Positions 5,724 to 11,791 of a DNA stretch of 11,791 nt are shown here, in pieces. Source of the DNA: Promethearchaeota archaeon Loki_b32 (GTDB lineage: Archaea > Asgardarchaeota > Lokiarchaeia > Sigyniarchaeales > SOKP01); contig NJBH01000061.1 of assembly GCA_005223125.1 (NCBI GenBank), forward strand, positions 1 to 11,791, read 5' to 3'. Under the pieces are notes generated by a model. The model searched no databases and was not told where the DNA came from. It saw nothing but the letters and a program-made list of their open reading frames with translations. Position 1 is the first letter of the stretch; every line of letters starts with the position of its first letter. The translations under genes and the position numbers were made by a program.

Positions 5724-7811
5724 ATTTCAACATCATCAATTAAGCCTTCATCAATAGAAGCACTAATAGAAGAGTTAAATGCTTCGGGAATGAAATTAGA
5801 GCATTATCAAAGGAATTTCCTGGAAAAAAGAATAGATTTTAGAATGAAAAATTTGAAACTTAACTATATTCAAGATTATATCAATTATATTCGAGAAAAT
5901 CCAGTTGAGATAAACTTATTTTTAGATAAATTTACTATTAATTATACTTATTTTTTTAGGAATAATAGCATCTATGAGAATTTTGAGAAATTTATAAAGT
6001 TATATGCCAATAACTGTAATAGACCGCTCCGAATTTGGTCAGCACCCTGTGCAACTGGAGATGAACCATATTCTATCGCAATAATCTTAGATCAGCTGAA
6101 AAATAAAAATAAAAATTTTCCTGATTTTGAGATTGTAGCTTCTGATATTGATCCAGCAGCCCTTAAAGAGGCAAATGAGGGGATTTATGGAGAATATTCT
6201 GTACATGACACTCCAGAAAATTATTTAACAACATATTTCTCAAAAGAAGAAACTGATCTTGGCCCTAAGTTTATATTAAGTAAAGACATAAAAAAAAAAG
6301 TTGAGTTAATCAAAGAGGATCTAATCAAAGGCCATCAAAAGAATTATAAGTATGATGTCATTTTTTGTCGAAATTTATTTATATATATAAATCAATTTGC
6401 ACGAGAAAAGCTATTAAGAATTTTAGAATCACACCTTTTTGATGGAGGGCTATTAATTTTAGGTGGATCAGAAACATTGCCTCGCAATTCTAGGGGTTTT
6501 GAATCAATAAATATGAGAGACCGTTTTTATGTTAAAAATCTAATTACCCAAAATGAATCTTTTAAGAATAGAATTTATAATCTATTCAAAAATGAGAAAA
6601 ATACTAAAGTTGAGAGAGAAAGGGTAAAAAGTAGAGATATAACTAAACTCATTAAAAATGAAGTCAAAGAAATTCAAGAAAAAATAAAAGAAAAACCTAA
6701 AAAAGAGAAAATTTCTGAGAAAATAACATCGGAGAAGAGAATTAACCTCGATAAAGGTATTCAAAAATTAATAGAAATTGAAAAGATTGAAGCTGAAGTT
6801 AAGATCACTGGGATTGAAGTCAATAATGGATTTAATGGGAATTCAAACCAAAATAAAACAAATCAAATTAAAAAGCCAATGAAAGAATTTCCAAGTTCTT
6901 CAATTAAAAAGCGAGAGAAAGAGTTTAAGAAACGTGGATTATTATTAGAGCAACGAGAAAAAGTTATAGAAGACAAAATTGCATATTTAGATAAAAAGTA
7001 TACTAACTTAGAAAAGGAAAGAAAAGAAATAAACAAATTAGTTAAAAAAGTTAAAAAACAAGAAGAAGAAGTTAAAAATCGTATAGAAATATTAGAAAGA
7101 CTTACCAAACAAGTTGAACAAAGAGAAAAACTAGTAGAACAAAAAGAAAAACAGTTTAATCGTCGAATAAGACAAGTGGGATATTATACTAGACAGGTTG
7201 TACAACAAGAAATCCAAATAAGTGGAATTTCGAAAGAAAAAATAGAAAAAAAAGAAAATCTAGATAAGTATGAAGAAGAACGTTTAGATCGAATAGAAAA
7301 TACAAACAATAGCAATGAATTAAAAATCCCTATGGGATATTATGGTTTGATAATGTCTTTTGATAAAAATGAATCCGCAACTAAATTTATTATACAGGGA
7401 CTAGGATCAGGGATTGCTCTAATTCTTAAGGACCCAGTGAATAACATTTTTGCTATATCACATATATCATTACCCTCTTCATCCGCTTCAAAACAAGGGT
7501 ATCATTTGCTTTTTCCTCATACATTTGTAGATACGTCAGTTAAGGATTTATATAATAATTTGATTTATCATGGTGCTAATAATAAAATTATAACAGCTCT
7601 TATAGTTGGAGGAGCAAAATTATTTTTAGATTATGATATGACATATCAAGAAAATATAGATGCTATAAAAAGTGAATTAAAAACAAGGCAAATAGAAATT
7701 GAAGCTGAAGATACAGGGGGATTAAGTGAAAGAGCGATAATTTACGATACTATAAATGATTCACTTTATATAAAAAAGACGTGGGAATTCCAGTATAGAA
7801 AAATTACCTAA
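5724..7811 (+). CDS. CheR-type glutamate O-methyltransferase / coiled-coil / CheD-like fusion protein
   Basis: CheR motifs: TINYTYFFRN, IWSAPCATGDEPYSIA, ASDID, YDVIFCRNLFIY, LILGGSE. CheD motifs: GLGS(G)IA, HISLP, FVDT, IVGGAKLF, AEDTGG. A charged linker of about 255 aa lies between them. The first ATG is at 5790, but the frame is open from 5721 and ATT 5724 is proposed as the start (start confidence lower than the call). Confidence 0.88.
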   Translation: MSTSSIKPSSIEALIEELNASGMKLEHYQRNFLEKRIDFRMKNLKLNYIQDYINYIRENPVEINLFLDKFTINYTYFFRNNSIYENFEKFIKLYANNCNRPLRIWSAPCATGDEPYSIAIILDQLKNKNKNFPDFEIVASDIDPAALKEANEGIYGEYSVHDTPENYLTTYFSKEETDLGPKFILSKDIKKKVELIKEDLIKGHQKNYKYDVIFCRNLFIYINQFAREKLLRILESHLFDGGLLILGGSETLPRNSRGFESINMRDRFYVKNLITQNESFKNRIYNLFKNEKNTKVERERVKSRDITKLIKNEVKEIQEKIKEKPKKEKISEKITSEKRINLDKGIQKLIEIEKIEAEVKITGIEVNNGFNGNSNQNKTNQIKKPMKEFPSSSIKKREKEFKKRGLLLEQREKVIEDKIAYLDKKYTNLEKERKEINKLVKKVKKQEEEVKNRIEILERLTKQVEQREKLVEQKEKQFNRRIRQVGYYTRQVVQQEIQISGISKEKIEKKENLDKYEEERLDRIENTNNSNELKIPMGYYGLIMSFDKNESATKFIIQGLGSGIALILKDPVNNIFAISHISLPSSSASKQGYHLLFPHTFVDTSVKDLYNNLIYHGANNKIITALIVGGAKLFLDYDMTYQENIDAIKSELKTRQIEIEAEDTGGLSERAIIYDTINDSLYIKKTWEFQYRKIT

Positions 7812-7817
7812 AATATG

Positions 7818-8123
7818 TTAATGTTGTTTTCTTTTTTGCTGGAGTTTCTTTTTCTTTTGCTCTTCTTCTTGAATTTCCTCTTCCAACTCGTAGAATTGTG
7901 AATCTGCCTTTCCTTGAAATTTAAACTGTCCAAATATTTTACTCTGTTCACGTTCACCAGTTTTTGAAATTTTTTCAAAAGATAATTCTACTCTTGAATC
8001 TTGACTTAAGGCTAAGTTTACAAAGTTGATAAAACCAATATGCTTACTAGGGGGGATACTGATCTTTAATATTACTTCTTTTTTTTTCTTGGTCGTTGTT
8101 TTCAAATTCAAACGTAATTTCAA
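7818..8123 (-). CDS. Hypothetical basic protein, 101 aa
   Basis: Fills the gap between two + strand genes, has a TTG start and protein-like composition with a charged C-terminal helix. No recognised family. Confidence 0.7.
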   Translation of the reverse strand: MKLRLNLKTTTKKKKEVILKISIPPSKHIGFINFVNLALSQDSRVELSFEKISKTGEREQSKIFGQFKFQGKADSQFYELEEEIQEEEQKKKKLQQKRKQH

Positions 8124-8226
8124 GAGTTTTCAATCTCGGTATTGTAGATGAATTAATTATATATGTAAATTAATAATTCTTTTTATAATTATTAAAATTA
8201 TTAAAATCGAAAACTATATCTTATTT

Positions 8227-8844
8227 ATGCCATCGAAATATAGGTTAAGATATATATTTAAACCAATAATAAAGTTACTGGCTAAAGGATTAAGTAAAAT
8301 TGGAGTTTCTCCCAATTTAGCTACAGTTTTTATGTTATGTTTTTCTATTTTAAGTTTTATATGGATAGCATTTTTCCAAAATCTTTTAATATTTTCCATT
8401 TTGGTATTTACGACGGGGATTATGGATGGTTGCGATGGTGCTATCGCCCGATTAACCAAAAAATCAAGTAAGTTTGGAGGATTTTTTGATTCTGTAATGG
8501 ATAGAATTTCAGAATTTGTAATATTCTTTGGACTTATTATTTTTAATTGGAATGTTTATTTGTGGAATTTTATTGACATGAAATTAATCTTATTCATATC
8601 CTATTTAAGTTCTTTTATGATTAGTTATTGCAGAGCTAGAGCGGAGGTTTTCTTTAAGGGAAATTTTGATATCGGGTTAATGGCGAGATCTGAAAGGTTA
8701 TTTTATTTATTTATTACAATGTTTATTGGATTTTTCTATGGATTTACCGCAGAATTTCTATTTATTTATATGTGGCTTGTTCTAGGGACTTACATCTTCA
8801 GATGTACAAAAATTTTGAACCAAATTAAACGGTCAGAAAAATAA
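8227..8844 (+). CDS. CDP-alcohol phosphatidyltransferase (archaetidylinositol-phosphate synthase-like)
   Basis: Signature DGCDGAIAR...SKFGGFFDSVMDR, plus SPN, SYCRARAE and GLMARSER, with several TM helices. Confidence 0.92.
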   Translation: MPSKYRLRYIFKPIIKLLAKGLSKIGVSPNLATVFMLCFSILSFIWIAFFQNLLIFSILVFTTGIMDGCDGAIARLTKKSSKFGGFFDSVMDRISEFVIFFGLIIFNWNVYLWNFIDMKLILFISYLSSFMISYCRARAEVFFKGNFDIGLMARSERLFYLFITMFIGFFYGFTAEFLFIYMWLVLGTYIFRCTKILNQIKRSEK

Positions 8845-8851
8845 AATGAAG

Positions 8852-9559
8852 TCAGATTCTATTTAAAAATTCAATTCTGACTCTATCTCCATCTTTTAGT
8901 TGGAGAACTTCTCGTAAAAAAGGTTCTGCTAAAATTTCTACAATATTCTTTTTATGATGAGTTCTTCTAATCTTTAGAATTACACAACTCAGTTTTTTAT
9001 CCTGATTATCTAAACGAGAAATTAGGCAACTATGACAATCAACTGATCCATATGTTCGTCCTTCTTTCTTAAATCCCTCGATTTTAATAGGATTTCGATT
9101 TTTTTGATTTTCTTCTAGCAATTCATAGTTAAGATCGCTTAATTGTAGGTTTAATGTGCCAAAATAAGGTTTAAATCCTAATTTTTCTTGAAATTGAGCC
9201 AAATACTCTGGAATTCTAACATAATACCCACCTTCTCCAATTCCTTCTGTTACTTCACCTACTATCAAGATTTCTTGGAGAATTTGTTTTAGGTTTTTAT
9301 ACATTAAGAGTATTACATCAGCGCCTTTTTTGGTAATTCGAATTATTTGTTCTTTTCCTTTAATCTTCTTTTCAATCCAGCCCAACTCCTCTAAATTGGT
9401 AATTCTTCTTGATGCTGTTTGTTGAGATAAGTTTAGGATCTTACTAAATTCAACACTACTTATATGAATAGCTTTTTGACTACCTATATTTTGACAGAGG
9501 TGATAAAGAGCAAACCAATTTGAATAATTTTCCGGAGATATTCTTTCATTATCTTCCAT
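8852..9559 (-). CDS. ribK: CTP-dependent riboflavin kinase with N-terminal wHTH (RbkR-type)
   Basis: HTH LNLSQQTASRRITNLEELGWI, then kinase motifs GIGEGGYY, PYFGTLNL, RTHH and LREVLQLKDGD. ATG 9559 (11-nt overlap with ribL) is preferred over TTG 9598. Confidence 0.93.
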   Translation of the reverse strand: MEDNERISPENYSNWFALYHLCQNIGSQKAIHISSVEFSKILNLSQQTASRRITNLEELGWIEKKIKGKEQIIRITKKGADVILLMYKNLKQILQEILIVGEVTEGIGEGGYYVRIPEYLAQFQEKLGFKPYFGTLNLQLSDLNYELLEENQKNRNPIKIEGFKKEGRTYGSVDCHSCLISRLDNQDKKLSCVILKIRRTHHKKNIVEILAEPFLREVLQLKDGDRVRIEFLNRI

Positions 9560-10025
9560 TTTCACAATTTTCCGATGTATTATCCTTATATTTTTCAATA
9601 ATTTTTTGTTTTATTAGTCTAGAACTATGTAATTCATATTTATCATAATAAGTCTCTAGCCTCCTAACCTCTATATGGTTTAAACCTTTCTTTTCAAGCC
9701 CCTCCTTCAAAATATCACTACTATACCTTTGATCAGGACCTAGAAGAATAATATCTGGTTTAATTTCTTCTACTGTTTTAAGTGTATCATTATCACTTCT
9801 TCCTAATCTTGCATCTTTCACATTTTTCAAATTTTTTATAATTTCCAATCTTTGTTCTTGGGGGATAATTGGACGTTCCCCAGAGAAAATTTCACGATTA
9901 GAATCAGTAGCAACAACCACATATACATCTCCTAATTTTGAGGCTTCATTAATTAGATAAATATGACCAGCATGAATAAGATCGAATGTTCCGGCGACCA
10001 ATACACGTCTCTTTAATTTATTCAT
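9549..10025 (-). CDS. ribL: Archaeal FAD synthase (cytidylyltransferase-like family)
   Basis: GTFDLIHAGH (HxGH), VVATD, KPDIILLGPDQ and SSRLIK motifs; adjacent to ribK. Confidence 0.88.
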   Translation of the reverse strand: MNKLKRRVLVAGTFDLIHAGHIYLINEASKLGDVYVVVATDSNREIFSGERPIIPQEQRLEIIKNLKNVKDARLGRSDNDTLKTVEEIKPDIILLGPDQRYSSDILKEGLEKKGLNHIEVRRLETYYDKYELHSSRLIKQKIIEKYKDNTSENCENGR

Positions 10026-10068
10026 CTTTTTTTACACAATAATACAAAATATTTAATATAAGTTGATA

Positions 10069-10680
10069 TTATAGATTGCTTTCAAAACATCTTTTCAAGT
10101 CATCCATTTGAATTGCCAGAGAAATATCTCCTCTTGTTTTCTCAATTATATTTCTCGCGACATCTACCTTATGTCTTAGATCTTGAGTCACTGCAGAAGG
10201 ATAATCTATAGTAAATAAATATGTATAGATCTCATCCATACCTTCCAAGATATCGTTCAAATCTTCAAACTGGGAATTTCTAATATTATCTAAAGCATAT
10301 CTTCGTAATTCTCCAATTACATCTGCTAGCCCTAAAATAAAATTTAAAGGATCAATTCTTAATTCTAAAGGAGTTGGGATATTTTTTTTGTTAATAATTG
10401 AATAAAATGCAATTGATTCTGTATATTCTTGCTCAGGAGTTTTTAAATATTTAAAAAAAACACCAGGATTTTTATCAATTAATTTTACTAAACTCTGATG
10501 ATCAATTTTGATTGAATTAAGTTTTTCTTGGAACTTATTAAATTCTTTTCTATGAATATTTTTTATTGCAATACTGCAATCTCGAATTATTTTACGAGAC
10601 AATTTCAATATTTCTTCTCTATCTTGATATAATATCTCTAATGATTCCGTTATTTCTGAAAAAATTTTTTGAAGATTCAA
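10069..10680 (-). CDS. Translin/Trax (C3PO) family protein
   Basis: REEILKLSR, QEYTES, LGLADVIGELRR and LRHKVD motifs, with Trax-type acidic catalytic residues present. TTG start preceded by GGTG. Confidence 0.9.
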   Translation of the reverse strand: MNLQKIFSEITESLEILYQDREEILKLSRKIIRDCSIAIKNIHRKEFNKFQEKLNSIKIDHQSLVKLIDKNPGVFFKYLKTPEQEYTESIAFYSIINKKNIPTPLELRIDPLNFILGLADVIGELRRYALDNIRNSQFEDLNDILEGMDEIYTYLFTIDYPSAVTQDLRHKVDVARNIIEKTRGDISLAIQMDDLKRCFESNL

Positions 10681-10811
10681 TATAACAACACCAAATTTTA
10701 ATAATAATTAATTTGAATTTTGAATTTGAATATAATTATATATCAAAATTTTGTAAAATATTTAGAATTTATTATAAAGTATTGGTTAACAGACTAAAAA
10801 AAAGAGTTATC

Positions 10812-11791
10812 ATGAAAATCTTATTAATCCATTCGCAAAATGTGGAAGTAGTGAAAAATAAAGAAGCAACGAGCAATCCACAAGATTTTGCAGATGATTT
10901 TATAAAAATGGAAGGCTTAATCTTGGTTTGCTTTGTTTCTGTTGAAGATCAAGACACATATGATACTGATCTAATTTCTAAACAAGGAGCTGATGAAATA
11001 GAAGCAGCAATATTACAAATCACAAATCTTCCAGAATATATAAGAGAAAAGAATGAAGAGATAAGAGAATTCAACCAAAAGATCGAAAAGGGAGAGAAAA
11101 AGGGAAAACCAAGAAAATTAAGAGAACTAATCAAGGAGAGAGAGATATATCACGTTGATAAAGTCTTAGTTTATCCTTGGGCGCATTTAAGTAAATTTCT
11201 TAGTAAGGATCAAAATGCTATGGAAGTCTGTCCAAAAATAGCTAAAAATTTAGAAGAAAGAGGTATTGAAGCGAAATTTTCTCCGTTTGGATGGTACAAA
11301 TCATTTAAATTAAACTGTTTGGGCCATGAAATAGCAGAAATGTATAGAGATGTGAAATTAGCTATTAAACCAGAGGAACATGTTAAGAATTCAAAATTTA
11401 AAGTTATTACAACCTCAGGAAAGGAATTAGATTTAAAATTTGATGAAAATAATGAAGTTTTACCACCTAAAGAAATAAAAGATCAAGATTTTTACACTCT
11501 TTTAAAATCAGAGCTAGGTTCTAGAAAAGTAGATAAAGCAATTGAACCCGCACATATTAGGGTGATGAAAGAATTTGAATTAGTTGATTTTGATCCCAAT
11601 ACCGATGCTGGAAATTTTAGGTGGTATACAAAAGGAGTTATAATGAAGAACTTAATTAAAAATTTCGTTGAAGATAGGCTAATAGATTATGGAGCTATAC
11701 TTATAGAGACCCCAATCATGTACACTGTAAAAAATAAGAAATTAACTGCTCAAACTGCTCGATTTCCGGCAAGAAGTTATTGGGTTGAATC
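10812..11791 (+). CDS. thrS: Threonine--tRNA ligase, archaeal type with N-terminal editing domain (partial, runs off the window; absent from the ORF track)
   Basis: Manual translation from ATG 10812 gives MKILLIHS...VYPWAHLS...PFGWYKSF...CLGH, then AHIRVMKEFELVDF...GNFRWYTKG...ETPIMY...RFPARSY, with no stop before the window end. Confidence 0.96.
   Translation, partial: MKILLIHSQNVEVVKNKEATSNPQDFADDFIKMEGLILVCFVSVEDQDTYDTDLISKQGADEIEAAILQITNLPEYIREKNEEIREFNQKIEKGEKKGKPRKLRELIKEREIYHVDKVLVYPWAHLSKFLSKDQNAMEVCPKIAKNLEERGIEAKFSPFGWYKSFKLNCLGHEIAEMYRDVKLAIKPEEHVKNSKFKVITTSGKELDLKFDENNEVLPPKEIKDQDFYTLLKSELGSRKVDKAIEPAHIRVMKEFELVDFDPNTDAGNFRWYTKGVIMKNLIKNFVEDRLIDYGAILIETPIMYTVKNKKLTAQTARFPARSYWVE

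Noticed and set aside
5707-5757. 16-codon upstream ORF MFWCKKFQHHQLSLHQ as a leader peptide
   Set aside because: Too short to support independently and it overlaps the likely true CheR N-terminus; kept only as an alternative in the start-codon finding.
6582-7108. Two minus-strand Phe/Leu/Ser-rich ORFs (6582-6764, 6863-7108)
   Set aside because: Antisense shadows of the A-rich Lys/Glu linker codons.
8214-8459. 81-aa minus-strand ORF
   Set aside because: Antisense to the well-supported CDP-alcohol phosphatidyltransferase.
10712-10740. Triple TTTGAA repeat and TATAATTATA palindrome in the translin/thrS divergent spacer
   Set aside because: Could be a regulator site but cannot be distinguished from the extremely AT-rich background; not CRISPR-like.
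10949-11134. 61-aa minus-strand ORF
   Set aside because: Antisense shadow of thrS.

Overview
A very AT-rich, gene-dense archaeal chromosomal segment. The gene set (archaeal-type ThrRS, RibK/RibL, translin, a longin-like protein, a membrane-wHTH-zinc-ribbon protein) points to an Asgard archaeon, probably Lokiarchaeia (inference). The right half is housekeeping: CDP-alcohol phosphatidyltransferase, CTP-dependent riboflavin kinase, FAD synthase, translin and a partial thrS. The left half holds a zinc-ribbon membrane protein, a NYN nuclease, a large membrane-anchored unknown protein, a sugar-phosphate nucleotidyltransferase and a galactokinase-family gene broken by an internal deletion. The most striking element is central: an orphan CheR methyltransferase fused through a long Glu/Gln/Lys-rich coiled coil to a CheD-like domain whose catalytic Cys is replaced by Gly. 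It probably starts at a non-canonical ATT and lies directly downstream of a longin plus winged-helix (NPRL2-like) gene. No other chemotaxis genes, mobile elements, CRISPR arrays or RNA genes were recognised.
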